Assembly: GCA_965235115.1 (NCBI GenBank)
Contig: OZ249436.1
Coordinates: 2,792,001 to 2,856,000, forward strand
Source of the DNA: Laetmonice hystrix
Lineage: Eukaryota
Direction of reading: 5' to 3'
Length of the DNA: 64,000 bases
Of the stretch, positions 12,001 to 25,692 are shown piece by piece; within the stretch, counting starts at the first letter, position 1; each line of letters opens with the position of its first letter. The position numbers and the translations under genes are program-made. A model generated the notes under the pieces. It saw only the letters and a program-made list of their open reading frames with translations. It was not told where the DNA came from and searched no databases.

Positions 12001-15000
12001 CTTCATAGTATGGCGCCGTAGCGAAAGGCGATGTTGTATGGGGTGGCCAGTGGGTGGCCAGACTTTCGCTCCGCCACTACCCCGCTCCCGACTGTTATCA
12101 AAGGTCGGGTGTATAACGATAAGTACACGTTATAGACTCCTTGACACTTATATTGACAAGAGTAGGATGTTGCCCCGGTGTGTGGGTTTCTTCTGTAGCA
12201 TCTTCATAATCAACATTGTCCACGTGGATAGAATATATGAAAGATGAAGGCCGCTAACAGTTGTAGACAGGACGTAGAAAACTGCCAATCCATCCCCCAC
12301 CACAGAACGAGCTGTCGTACACGCCACCTGAGAAATACGAGAGACCATATCAGATCGACAAGACAATACGATGCCTAGTGACAGCAACTAGGAAATAATT
12401 TCACATTGCGATAGCTGTTGTGCCAAGTAAAGCTTTGTGTACGCCGAGCTGAAACATGGCCGGCTCACGTAAACGTCCGATCCGTGACTGATCCTTGGAG
12501 GGATTCCTCGCCAGAGGGCGCACCCGTAAAATATCGGCTGGGCGATCAAAGGGTGTTGACACCGGTGTTAGGTTAGAGAGCTCCGCTGACTGCTCGGTCC
12601 GAGAGCCCCTCACCGGTACATTGTACAGCCCATACTCATATTGCACCATGTTCCGTGCACAGAGGGCAGCCTTCAGGAGAAAGACGGCATGACATTTCTG
12701 TGGTGTAGGCCCTACTGTCTGTGAAAGCGGATATATGCGGTGTTTACTGTGGATGCAAAAGCAGCCCATGTTGCCATCAGCCTCGCTAACCTTTTTTCCT
12801 TAATCTATAGTTTGTAAATATGCGATGAAACTGTGTTTTGTGGCCTAAATGGGAAAAGGTTGCATATTTTTGCCATTGATTATTCTTGTTGCATTGGCAT
12901 TACTACTTTAGTTATGGCCACCAATAGCTACCGTGTCTGGGACGGTTCGCCCCAAAAGGCGTCATTTCCGGTTAAGTATATGTCATGGCGTCTATTATTG
13001 ATAGTCAGTGAAGAGCTCTGGATGTGGGATAAACATAGCGCAACTGATGATGATCAATCGAGCAATAACAGAGGGTAGTCAGGGTAAGTGAAGGTAATAC
13101 TTTGACCTGTCTATATAAGATCTATTCTAGGACGAGTCGGGGAACTGGGACACACCATTATTATAAAAAAATAGTAGGGCCTACATGCTGGAACGTTGAA
13201 CGACGATTACTAAAGTGCACTTCCGACATTTTTTCGTTTGTTTTAAAAGTAGTTTCCATTTTTTAGAGGAAATCTATAGAGGAACCCCACCATTAATTAT
13301 CTCTCTTTATTACATTTATTTAGGCATATTTCCCACTATAAGTGTCCGACAACATGACATGACAATGAACCTTAATTGGTTCTCTTACCTAAATACATTA
13401 AAACTCATGCTACGAATCGATGGTGACCTAGTTAACTCTAACTGCAAACATTGAATACGTAATTAACCCCCCCCCCCCCCCCCTCCCAGCCGAATAGTTC
13501 CCACCAGTACCTGATTCATTGTTGCCACAGCAACTTCCCAAACGATCGATCCGTGTGATAATATTTGCTGGTGTGATTTTTTGCAGAGTTATCAGCGTGT
13601 GATATGGCACAAATAGACGCCATATTACACCAGATGGGGACAATTACCAATTACCCAACCAGGCATTTACCCACCTTGGTCGATACCGCCGGAACGTAGT
13701 TCTCATTACACCATACCCTGACCTATTGACCTTTGACCTCGAAATTAAAGATTGGCGCCAAACAAGAGCCCAACATCGCGAATCTAGGTCACCATAATTT
13801 CCCGGTCTCCTTTCAAGTAATCTTTCTTTACCTTCTATGACCCACTTCATTAAATCAATGAGGTTCTTTTTTTATTGGACCAATTATTTTTTTATTCGAC
13901 CAAGGACAGTTTTACTCCATCTCAACACTACAATGTTTGCTTAAAATATTTCGAAATTTATCTTAAATTTATTTATGCATATCTCTCTATTTTCTGATCG
14001 TATACTGTGAAGCCATGTGTCAGAAAGCAGTTTCGCCTTTGGTATTATTGATGTGCAAAATTTTGTGAAACATTTCGGAAAGAGTCAATCAACCTAATCG
14101 CAAACTTCAGCGGGACAGGAAATTTGTAGGCCGTATCTCATTCAGATGGTAATTGACGTCATCCTTGGAGACAGTGGAACTCGCCGCCGCCAGTACAGCC
14201 GCCTCACACTGACTTGACGTGAATGATGCCGTCTGTAGTCTTCAAATGTCATCACGTGACCTGTGGTCAACATTTTACCCGCCAGGTGGCGTGTCATGGA
14301 AATTCGATGTGGGCGCGAAGTAACGTTATAAATATCAATGAATGCGCCATCTCAGCTATTTCCGTATCCGGCACGGCCCGCGTGCTCGCATCAAGGCCGA
14401 TCTCCAAACTTTGAATGAAAATATCCATCATGCTATATCGCCCGTGATAAAGAAGTCGTGAGCAGTCGGTGTATGTGTAAATGATCCGCGGAGGTCAAGG
14501 GGTCAATTGCCCTTGAGTTGACATTGGGTCAGCCATCTTGAATGTGTCTTGTTGAAAGGCGTCGTACGACGCCGACTGATAGCTTCCCCGGAAACGCTTT
14601 TCTTGGTCGTCCTCGTTCATCAATGGCCATGAATATAAGTGAAGTATATGGGCTCGTTATAGTTTGTGCTGCAGACGCCGCTGCTTACCGTATTAAACTC
14701 ACAGCAGGGGAGCTTATGTTTGTAATACTAAGCATACGCATACAGAGTCGCCAAGCCGAGTGGTAGGCCTAAATAAAAAAATTTCTCTGGAATTTCTAGG
14801 GGACCAACAATTTTTTCAAGAGGTATCTACTGCCCCTACCCCTGACACAGAGTTACAGTTTCCGGTACACTCACAGGGGTGGGGTCCGGCATAACCAGAT
14901 ATAAATATTTAGTGTCTTTGCCACAACTCGACCACTTCCTTTCAAAGTTCCCCTCAAAATATCCCAGAGCCTTCATCTCGTTACTGATTGCACTCACTAT

Positions 15001-15881
15001 TTGCAGTTGAGTTTAATGTAGTATGTGAAAATAAATTATCAAAAGCACCCCGCCCCCCTGCCCTCCTGAGGGGGAATGCCGGAAGTATAGCCCCGTCAGG
15101 TGAGATATATGCGTGGAATGCCTGTACCAGTGCCGGTGTGGTCGCAGTAATCAGGTGTGTTCAGTCAAGGTGAACGCCTCCATCCGGGTATGTTCACAGT
15201 GGGGTACGATTACACGCCCCTGCCGATAGAGGGCGCACTGAAGGTCCCTTTACCCGGTGAATGGTGGCGATGACTGTTTATAGTAAAAATATCTTATTGG
15301 ATGAAGAAAAAGTCTATGCCGGTAATGGACGGAAATCGGGGTGAGATTATAACCCGGACTACCGCCGCTCCGGGGGGGGGGGGGTTGTCACCAGCAGAGA
15401 TCACGTGGGTGGGTCTATAGGAGCGTTCCTCAGATCAAACCATGATTAGGGCCACTGTGCTGCCATCTGTCAGGCCTCACTAATTAATGAAGCCCTCCAA
15501 CAAACATGCTGTCGAATTTCTACGGCTGGTTGTGCGCGTCAGAATGATAAGAAAAGGGGCTGACTAATATCGTATGGCATGTTGAAACGTTAGAGAGGAG
15601 AAAACGAGTATGATCAACCCTAAGAAACTTGCATATACGTATAGTATGGTATGTACAAAGGCCTGGTCTACTGGCCCGGCCGGCTAGCCGATTTGTGTAT
15701 TTCACCCTGATGAATGGCCGTAAAATTAAAAATCACGAATACATGATTTTATATTCGATTATATTATCTTTACATATATACCTACTTTAAATCAGCCAAT
15801 CCCGGGAGAGGTTAGATGTACCTACTTTAAATCAGCCAATCCGGGGAGGTGTTAGATGTATAAAGTGACAACAGAATACCT

Positions 15882-16076
15882 TTAATGATACATCGATGCA
15901 TTCTTGATTTTGTTCACCACGGCCAACATATCTAAATCAGCCAGGATGAACATGCCATTAATGCTGAAGATGAGATTGCCTCTTAAAGTGAGAAGTTTGT
16001 ATTCCCCCACAAGTGGGACTTCGTTCTTTCTCTCCATACCGAGTTTTGTCACGATCTCTGTGTGTAGATCGACTGC
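15882..16076 (-). pseudogene. Possible degenerate PDZ-like coding fragment
   Basis: One minus frame reads AVDLHTEIVTKLGMERKNEVPLVGEYKLLTLRGNLIFSINGMFILADLDMLAVVNKIKNASMYH*. The C-terminal part resembles the PDZ G-D-x-I-x-x-I-N-G...V-x-x-I-K pattern. Judged by eye only, and the frame is bounded by stops. Confidence 0.2.
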
Positions 16077-18580
16077 CTATAATGCTCTGTCCCGTGACAT
16101 TTGACATTTGTGTACCTCTTGATGCCCTCTGCCCTCGTTTTGGGTCGTCCAAAGAAATCCCCACGTCGTCCTCAGACTGAAGCCTTCTGAGTGTCTTCGA
16201 CCTCAGCCACATTACGTAGGCATTGTGGGCGACATAAACATGTTGATGGATTAAGTCGACCAACGTATACCATCCACTAACACTTTTACCATTCGTCTGG
16301 TGTTAAACAGACCCGCATTCTATCGCCACCTTTGTCTCGTTGTCTTCAAGTCTCTGGGTCGTACTCATGAGGTTTGCCATTGACTCTGAGGCCCGCTTGG
16401 GTCACAACGTCCCCTGCAACTAGACACTTTACAATCCTTTCTATTTCTATTTGTTTTTGAGTCTATATTTCAAACGTTGGTGAAGACACTTCGGGTGGTC
16501 AGCGGGCCCCCGTGGGGGTCTGTAGTGGACTGTAGCTGCCGCCAGGGGGCCGTTGACGTAATGTCGTGAATTGTTTCCTGTGACATACCGTCATGCCCCC
16601 TGGTGGCGGTGCCCAACAACTTAACATCCTGGTCGTTGTCATTCCGCGCATGGCTTTACGTGGTCATTTCATGCGCCATAAACGTTGGTGGCGTCTAGCA
16701 GTGTCTGGGGAAACTTGAGGTCGGCACCGCGTTTATTGCAGCGGGGGAGAAACTCTATAGGCTGAGATAAGACACGTGACGTGTTCATTTTGTCGGGTAG
16801 ATGTTAACTTCAAACATCACGGCATTGTTTGAGGCTAGGCTCCGCTGATTACGTAAAGTACTGACTAGTTTTATTTTACCTGAACCATTTTTATCAATAC
16901 TTAAGTTGGTCTAAGTCACCTTTATCTAACTGAAGGGCGTCACCATCCCCTGTGGAGGTTTTAGCACAATGAGTATAGTGACCCCCAGATTCAGTCGGGA
17001 CCCTAAAGGGTGATGTATACCTACCCCCTACCCCTCCATGTCCAAAGGTTACCTAGGACAGGACAATACCAACCAATAGTATGCACCTGTAGCAGGGTAC
17101 TTAAACCGCTCACGCACAGAATTCACAATTATTCACTACCAAACGCTCCTACAACAAAAAGAGAAGAAAGGAAAGACAAAAACTTTCAACTCTTCAAGCA
17201 TTTCAAACTATTCCCATTTAACTAACAGAAAGTTTACAGAGCCTACACACTGTAGGGCCTATATAAGCAAAGTACCGAGACTGTTCGATACACAACCAAT
17301 AGGGGATTTATTGATAGCCGATCACTGATATCAATTGTGTCGGGACAAGTCAATGAATCGAGAGTCGATTTGAAATGGATCTTTCTGTCGGGCGTCATTT
17401 CCTATTCTAAATTAAGGATTGTATACCGCGAAATAAACCATGTAGCAGTGTAGTTTTTCCGAGGTTATTGACGAGCATTGTCTTGGTGATGCATGAGTAT
17501 CGCTTTATACATTATGTTGGAATTAGTCATTCCTAAAGTTCTGTAGACTTGCCATGAACCAGTTTTACATTCTTACTTACGGAGTGCTTGTTGTGTACAC
17601 ATTTCGCTTCATACCTTTTGAAAACGTTCGCACTATTTCCTTTATCCGGAGATATCCAATCCATTCGTCTTCTTGCAATTTATTGTCAGCAAGATTATAA
17701 AATACAATAAGTCTATCAATCAAAATACAACCCCACCTTCTCTCATTCCCGTGAGAATCTTAATCCGAGAACGCCAGGCAATCACGTGACGAATAATTAA
17801 TGAGGAGATAATGAGACACGTGTCTGGATTGCGAGATCGGCCGAGGTATGACGTGAGAGTTAAGGTTTCCGGGGATGCGCGCGCATCCAGCGAGTGGTGA
17901 CGATCGATGGGAAGGGCGCCCTCTGGTGACAATCATCCGTCTTCAGCCCACCTCGCCAGGGCCGCGTTCCCGCGGGAATCCATCAATACCAGAACGGCAG
18001 GAATAAAAACGTTTGGAATGGGTGGGGACAATTTGTTGTGTAAACTTAAGGGTGTGGAGAAAATTAAGTGTGTTCTCTACATCACTTTAATAGTATATTC
18101 ACCATTCTGAACTCCTTGGGTCCTAATGACACATTTAGGATTCAGGAAAATCGATCTCTCATTTATTCAGGGGTGTGATCAGATGAAGGGGAAAAAACCT
18201 GAGCTTTTGTGGTGCAACTTGGGGCGGGTGCGGGAGGGGTGTCCCCTCCCTTAGCGAAAAATGTGACCATTTTATGTTTAAAATGACTGCAATCTGATGC
18301 TTTTGGAGATCTTAATGCTGAAATGTTTTCCAACCATTCACTTTCAAAGTTTTACCCCCACCCCTACATATGAATTATAAGATCTCAACGGATTTGCACC
18401 AAGCACAGAGGGTTAACTTATTGATACAACAAAAACGGAAATCCGGCAAAAACCGGAAAAATCACAGGCCAGTTTATTGCCACCCCGAGGTTGATCTTGT
18501 ACTCCTATTCTTCCTTGTTTTGTGTTCTGTTGTTGCCCCCCCCCCCCCTCCCCCAATTTTCCCCTATCCAAGTAACACTT

Positions 18581-18703
18581 GGGCTCAGTTCCTAAAAACT
18601 TAAGCTGCTGAACTTGCTGAAGTTTAAGTTTAACGCCTCTGATTGGCTGGTATCAGAAGCGTTAAGCTTATGCAAGATCTTAAGTTTTTCGGAACTGGAG
18701 CCC
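18581..18703. mobile_element. Short palindromic MITE (Harbinger-like ends)
   Basis: Inverted termini GGGCTCAGTTCCTAAAAACTTAAG ... CTTAAGTTTTTCGGAACTGGAGCCC. Confidence 0.6.
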
Positions 18704-19266
18704 GATCCTTTGTTCTGTTGACCTGTATATCTCTGTGACGCATGACATGACGGCACGATATTATATACGTGACTGTGAGCAACAGCTGTTACAAATGTTT
18801 CACCTGATTCACAATGAATACTCCCTACATGTTAACATGGCGGAACATGACGGGTGTTTTACTAGTCTATAACACTAACAATAGTTCTTAATTACATCAG
18901 CAATAATCCTAGATCTTTATACACAACGTTCTGTCGCGTCTGTACGTTAAATAACTTCGTCATCTTAAGGGGTAGACTATCTGCTGGGGTAAGGTAATTT
19001 AAGTCGTAAGTAGTCGTGAGGAATGATGAATTGATCAGATCGTCGCTTGGACAGGAGGAAACAGCAGTATCTCGTTACAGTCGGCTTAACTTGCGACTTC
19101 ACACAGTCACATTTAAAATATCATTGCATTCAGATCTTCTGTCATAAATATCAGTACATGGCGGAGATTTAGGTAAGGATCTCGAGTCGCGTGCTGCCGC
19201 CATTAACAATATTTTAGTGTTTTCTTTGTGTAGAATGTCAAGAGACTCGGGAGTGACACAGGTATG

Positions 19267-20344
19267 TTATAGCCAGAGGGTTGTGTCACCAGGCTGAGAC
19301 ATTGACTGGACATGAGTTCTGACCTCAGTGTTTTTAAGAGGACTTTTTGTTTTCTGTGACACTGTCTGGGCATCAGTGGTGACGTCAGTGTTTGTAAGAG
19401 GACTTTTTGTTTTCTGTGACACTGACGGGACATGAGTGGTGACCTCAGTGTTTGTAAGAGGACTTTTTGTTTTCTGTGACACTGACTGGACATCAGTGGT
19501 GACCTCAGTGTTTGTAAGAGGACTTTTTGTTTTCTGTGACACTGACTGGACATGAGTGGTGACCTCAGTGTTTGTAAGAGGACTTTTTGTTTTCTGTGAC
19601 ACTGACTGGACATGAGTGGTGACCTCAGTGTTTGTAAGAGGACTTTTGTTTTCTGTCGTCTCTTCCTTTTGTTTCGTTGTTTTCACTTTGTTCCTACAGC
19701 ATGTTATGATATACACACAAATAGTTGTTCGTATGCCTTCAAATCATATTATACCGCCTCGACTGCATTCAACTGGCTCTGAGTGGCGGCATTCAAGGTT
19801 TAAAAAGCCAGTATCCACGGCTTTATACGTCATTGTTCTGTCCCATTGTGACATTTACTCAGTAAAAAGTCAGAGCTTCTGTTTTTACCCGGTCGATTTG
19901 TTTGCTCTTGTCCTCCGAGAACGAAATTAGAGATAGGACTTAGTCATCACGAGGGCATTACATACAAATAGTTTCCATATAAACCCTACAGTGTCACTGA
20001 ATGCATGGACATCACAAACCAGGTAACACCGGGAAGGGATGAATGCCAGTGATTGCCCTCCATGAAACCATCATCTTTGAAAGAAACCTGAGTACTTAAA
20101 ATGATTAGCTCACCGTATTGGTCTCCAGTGTTTCAGTAAGAAAGACGACCTCTCTTAAAATGATTAGCTCAATGTATTGGTCTCCAGTGTTTCAATAAGA
20201 AAGACGACTTGTGTTACAATGATTAGCTCACCGTATTGGTCTCCAGTGTTTCAGTAAGAAAGACGACCTCTCTTAAAATGATTAGCTCACCGTAGTGGTC
20301 TCCAGTGTTTCAATAAGAAAGACGACTTCTGTTGAAATGTTCAT
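19267..20344 (-). CDS. Tentative spliced gene for a Thr/Ser-rich, mucin-like repeat protein; exons 20344-20291, 20087-20020 and 19693 to about 19290/19267
   Basis: ATG at 20344 to donor ACG|GTGAG (phase 0); acceptor TACTCAG, exon to TG|GTTTGT (phase 2); acceptor GCTGTAG|G. The joined frame is open: MNISTEVVFLIETLETTT-VSFKDDGFMEGNHWHSSLPGVTW-NKVKTTKQKEETTEN(KSPLTNTEVTTHVQSVSQKT)n. No homology recognised. Confidence 0.3.
19300..19652. repeat. 60-bp tandem repeat, about 5.7 copies
   Basis: Lines 19321-19621 are near-identical at period 60. Confidence 0.95.
20097..20337. repeat. 59-bp tandem repeat, 4 copies
   Basis: ATGATTAGCTCA...TGGTCTCCAGTGTTTCA at 20101, 20160, 20219 and 20278. Confidence 0.9.
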
Positions 20345-20484
20345 CCTGGTAGGAATTCACTGTAATATAATTGTAGAATCCACTAGCCTGATTGTCATGG
20401 ATGTGGCATGATACTATGAGTGCACCAATCTTCTCGATTTGTCATACGTGCAGGTTGTAAAGCAAGGGTTATTGCTACCAAATA

Positions 20485-21007
20485 ATGGGACAGACCTGGA
20501 ATGAGTATGTCCCTTTATTAGTGGATGAATATTGGGACAGACCTGGAATGAGTATGTCCCTTTATTAGTGGATGAATATTGGGACAGACCTGGAATGAGT
20601 ATGTCCCTTTATTAGTGGATGAATATTGGGACAGACCTGGAATGAGTATGTCCCTTTATTAGTGGATGAATATTGGGACAGACCTGGAATGAATATGTCC
20701 CTTTATTAGTGGATGAATATTGGGACAGATCTGGAATGAGTATGTCCCTTTATTAGTGGATGAATATTGGGACAGACCTGGAATGAGTATGTCCCTTTAT
20801 TAGTGGATGAATATTGGGACAGACCTGGAATGAGTATGTCCCTTTATTAGAGGATGAATATTGGGACAGATCTGGAATGAGTATGTCCCTTTATTAGTGG
20901 ATGAATATTGGGACAGACCTGGAATGAGTATGTCCCTTTATTAGTGGATGAATATTAGGACAGATCTGGAATGAGTATGTCTCTTTATTAGTGGATGAAT
21001 ATTGGGA
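20485..21007. repeat. 47-bp tandem repeat, 11 copies
   Basis: Unit TGGGACAGACCTGGAATGAGTATGTCCCTTTATTAGTGGATGAATAT, with an internal GGGACA/TGTCCC inverted repeat. Confidence 0.95.
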
Positions 21008-22044
21008 TATCACTGATAAGATCAGCCTGAAATGTCTCCTGGAATTGATCGAAGTCTTCTAGTCAATTATGGAAATTTAAGTTATCTCTGAATTATGACT
21101 GACATTCATATAGGTTCCAGTGATGGCTTAATGAGGCGATCTGACCGGTGGAATAGGACTGCGATAACATTGGTCTGAGATATGATGTGAGTCAAGATTA
21201 AAACTTGCATGCCACGAGTCATAAAGGGCAGCGGGGGGGGGGGGGGTCATTGTGAAGTACAAGGCAAGTCGTGTGAGGGTCATAGAGAAGGAAAGGGACC
21301 GTTGGCTAGAGGCCATCATAAAGTAAATGGCGCTTGGCTAGGAGCAGTCATGAAGTCAGGGCAGTTGGCTAGGAGCAGTCATGAAGTCAGGGCAGTTGGC
21401 TAAGCGCCATCATGAAGTTCAAGGGCCAAGAATGACAATCTATATTGCCACAGTTTTAACACACAACAAAAACAAACACAAAAATAAACAAACAAAAACT
21501 AAAGTAAAAAGGAAAACGAAATAAAGTAATATAATTGTAATAATGTGCAAAAGAAAAACAGAAAAAGCCGCACTCTTCCCCGTCAGGATAGGTTTCACTG
21601 TAATAAATCTTCAGCTTCTCCCATTTATACCATCAGTGCCAAATATTTAGAAACCTCAAACTGCACGTGGAATTTCAGGTCATATGCCAGTATAATTGTT
21701 GGAAACCGCAAGATTCCTTAAGGTTGACGAAGGCATGTGACTGTGCGGGCCGACTTGTCTTAAAACATCCCTCACCCCCACCACCACCCCCACCCCCACC
21801 CTAACCTCCTCCTCATGGCGGCGAGGGGGTTGTCTTGTCATGACGGACGTGGCCCACACATACTGTGATCGCACATCGAGTCTATAAACCCCCAATACCT
21901 CCCCGCTCCGTCCGAAAAATTCGCAGGTTATTGTTGGCTTCTAGCCAGATCTACCCTTGTCTTGCCCTCGGCAACTAGCACTTAATACACTACAGTTCTC
22001 TCTTCATACTGATCGCTATTCCTACTGAGCTCTAAACTTCGTGT

Positions 22045-23135
22045 TGTCCCCTACCTCACCAACTCATGATGTCCCCTACAGAACTACCTCACCATGTCAT
22101 GATGTCCCCTACAGAACTACCCCACCATTTCATGATGTCCCCTACAGAGCTACCCCGCCATTTCATGATGTCCCCTACAGAACTACCCCACCATTTCATG
22201 ATGTCCCCTACAGAACTACCTCACCATTTCATGATGTCCCCTACAGAACTACCCCACCATTTCATGATGTCCCCTACAGAACTACCCCACCATTTCATGA
22301 TGTCCCCTACAGAACTACCCCACCATGTCATGATGTCCCCTACAGAACTACCCCACCATGTCATGATGTCCCCTACAGAACTACCCCACCATTTCATGAT
22401 GTCCCCTACAGAACTACCTCACCATTTCATGATGTCCCCTACAGAACTACCCCACCATTTCATGATGTCCCCTACAGAACTACCTCACCATTTCATGATG
22501 TCCCCTACAGAACTACCCCACCATTTCATGATGTCCCCTACAGAACTACCCCACCATGTCATGATGTCCCCTACAGAACTACCCCACCATTTCATGATGT
22601 CCCCTACAGAACTAACCCACCATTTCATGATGTCCCCTACAGAACTACCCCACCATTTCATGATGTCCCCTACAGAACTACCCCACCGTTTCATGATGTC
22701 CCCTACAGAACTACCTCACTATTTCATGATGTCCCCTACAGAACTACCTCATCATGTCATGATGTCCCCTACAGAACTACCCCACCATTTCATGATGTCC
22801 CCTACAGAACTACTTCACCATTTCATGATGTCCCCCTACAGAACTACCCCACCATTTCATGATGTCCCCTACAGAACTAACCCACCATTTCATCATGTCC
22901 CCCTACAGAACTACCCCACCATGTCATGATGTCCCCTACAGAACTACCCCACCATTTCATGATGTCCCCTACAGAACTACCTCACCATTTCATGATGTCC
23001 CCTACAGAACTACCCCACCATTTCATGATGTCCCCTACAGAACTAACCCACCATTTCATCATGTCCCCCTACAGAACTACCCCACCATGTCATGATGTCC
23101 CCTACAGAACTACCCCACCATTTCATGATGTCCCA
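22045..23135. repeat. 33-bp minisatellite, about 33 copies
   Basis: Unit CATGATGTCCCCTACAGAACTACCCCACCATTT, with occasional +1 C frameshifts. Confidence 0.97.
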
Positions 23136-23780
23136 GCTGCCTGTTCCGCGCCGCTGGGGCTGCAAGCCGGGGCCCGGGTAGCTAACTGTATCCTATTGTT
23201 AATAAGCCGACCTCCTGAACAGAAGAATGCCTGACCCAGCGGGTTGTCGGCTGACATGTAGCCACAACCTTCATTGTAAATGCACGGCCTTGGATCCCAC
23301 CTGGGGTTACTCTTTGCGTGACTCGCAAATCCTAATAGTATGCGGGGGCTTTTACTTTAAAAAAAACAACAGAAAAAGAAATCTTCCCAGAGTGACACAA
23401 GTCTGTTGATTAAAGGACAGACACATAAATCGTGGTTGTAAGCATTTTGTAACGGGCTCAGATTACAGATGAGTCGTTATCGGTTTATCGTGTCAACAGG
23501 AGAAAGACTAGGAGCTTGCGCCATGATTGCGCAGTCGGTCCAATGCCACCACCATGCTTCAAGGATTTACAGATTTAAAATTTAACGGACAAGCTTAAAA
23601 CTTTTTTATACTGGTCGTTTCTCCTATTTCCTCGCTCATTTATTTCATCTTGTGAAGTTCTACTGATGGTGACACAGTGAGACAATAATCTCCTTACTTC
23701 TGGAGATTGACCCTGATAATCCAAACATGTATAGAAATCTTCAACAAACTATTGATACACCATGGTGTAAAATATTAATT

Positions 23781-24245
23781 ACAATTTGTTACAATATCCA
23801 GTGATTAACAAGGCGTTTGTTATAACCAACAGGTAAAGATAAACTAACAATTTGTCACAATATCCAGTGATTAACAAGGCTTTTGTTATAACCAACAGGT
23901 AAAGATAAACTCACAATTTGTTACAATATCCAGTGATTAACAAGGCGTTTGTTATAACCAACAGGTAAAGATAAACTAACAATTTGTCACAATATCCAGT
24001 GATTAACAAGGCTTTTGTTATAACCAACAGGTAAAGATAAACTCACAATTTGTTACAATATCCAGTGATTAACAAGGCCTTTGTTATAACCAACAGGTAA
24101 AGATAAACTAACAATTTGTCACAATATCCAGTGATTAACAAGGCTTTTGTTATAACAAACAGGTAAAGATAAACTCACAATTTGTTACAATATCCAGTGA
24201 TTAACAAGGCGTTTGATATATCCAACAGGTAAAGATAAACTCACA
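23781..24245. repeat. 66-bp tandem repeat, 7 copies, alternating A/B variants
   Basis: ACAATTTGT(T/C)ACAATATCCAGTGATTAACAAGGC... at period 66. Confidence 0.95.
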
Positions 24246-24919
24246 CCACGACACCGAATAAAATGATATATCTCTTTTACTTCATCGACTCAGACATATT
24301 ACATTACGTTTGACTCCTGTGACAGAAAGGTTTTGTAGACTTGAGCCTCCGCCATTATGCAATTTTCTACGGTGTGTTTAAGCTATTATTATGTTATGTG
24401 ACGTGATAATCTAGACAGCGGAACCGACCGACGAAGTAAAGAAATCGATTTTGTAAAGTAATTTACATGTATAGCATATATCTTTATGGATATAGCACAC
24501 GCATGGATAAAGTTCACAGCCATTGAACAGTGTTCACGTGGCCGTATCTCCGAGATCGTTTGCAAACACAATACTGTGTGTATTTACATTCAAATAGGAC
24601 GTGACACTCCCATATTAAATTATTTAACTGTTCTCAGAGTGAGCACTTAGCTTCTATAAATCGCACCAGGGCCATAGTCAGAATTTCCAAATGGTGTGTT
24701 TTATTTCATAAAAAGACCGCCATTATTTTAGAAAAACTGGAGTAATTGAACTGTAGCCAGGGCCTTCATTGAAGGAGGGGTCGCCCTTTAAGAGCATAAA
24801 AGGAAAGGTTTTTCCCGAACATCTATGTGGACCTCTGTCCATTTGGAGTAACCAGAGCCATCCCAGCCCCGTTCACCCCCTGCATGGTTACGGGCATGAT
24901 TACGACTTCGTCATTTGCT

Positions 24920-25483
24920 TAGAAAACGTAATGGTTACGTAGTAGCGTATAGTGTAGAAATACGTACGTAATGGTTACGTAGTATAAGGTAGAGTGCAGA
25001 AAACGTAATGGTTACGTAGTATAAGGTAGAGTGCAGAAAACGTAATGGTTACGTAGTATAAGGTAGAGTGCAGAAAGCGTAATGGTTACGTAGTATAAGG
25101 TAGAGTGCAGAAAGCGTAATGGTTACGTAGTATAAGGTAGAGTGCAGAAATCGTAATGGTTACGTAGTATAAGGTAGAGTGCAGAAAGCGTAATGGTTAC
25201 GTAGTATAAGGTAAAGTGCAGAAATCGTAATGGTTACGTAGTATAAGGTAGAGTGCAGAAAGCGTAATGGTTACGTAGTATAAGGTAGAGTGCAGAAAAA
25301 CGTACGAAATGGTTACGTAGTATAAGGTAGAGTGCAGAAAGCGTAATGGTTACGTAGTATAAGGTATAGTTCAGAAAGCGTAATGGTTACGTAGTATAAG
25401 GTAGAGTGCAGAAAGCGTAATGGTTACGTAGTATAAGGTAGAGTGCAGAAAGCGTAATGGTTACGTAGTATAAGGTAGAGTGC
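24920..25483. repeat. 37-bp tandem repeat, about 15 copies
   Basis: Unit CGTAATGGTTACGTAGTATAAGGTAGAGTGCAGAAAG. Confidence 0.95.
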
Positions 25484-25692
25484 CGGATTTAAGATGATCC
25501 TTTGATGGAATGCCATTATCCATTCATCCATACCATGATTAGATATGAAGGGATTGTGAATGATGTGTCAGATCACTTTTATAGCGCCAGACGCCAGGCC
25601 TTTAATGACCAGGCCCACGCGTCTCTCCTCAATAGGTATCATAACGTATGCTCTTAGATCAGACTGACCCCGTGTAATCTCTGTGCGGATTT

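Noticed and set aside
22041..23234. 273-287 aa Pro/His-rich ORFs
   Set aside because: A 33-bp minisatellite that is open in two frames by chance and carries +1 frameshifts.
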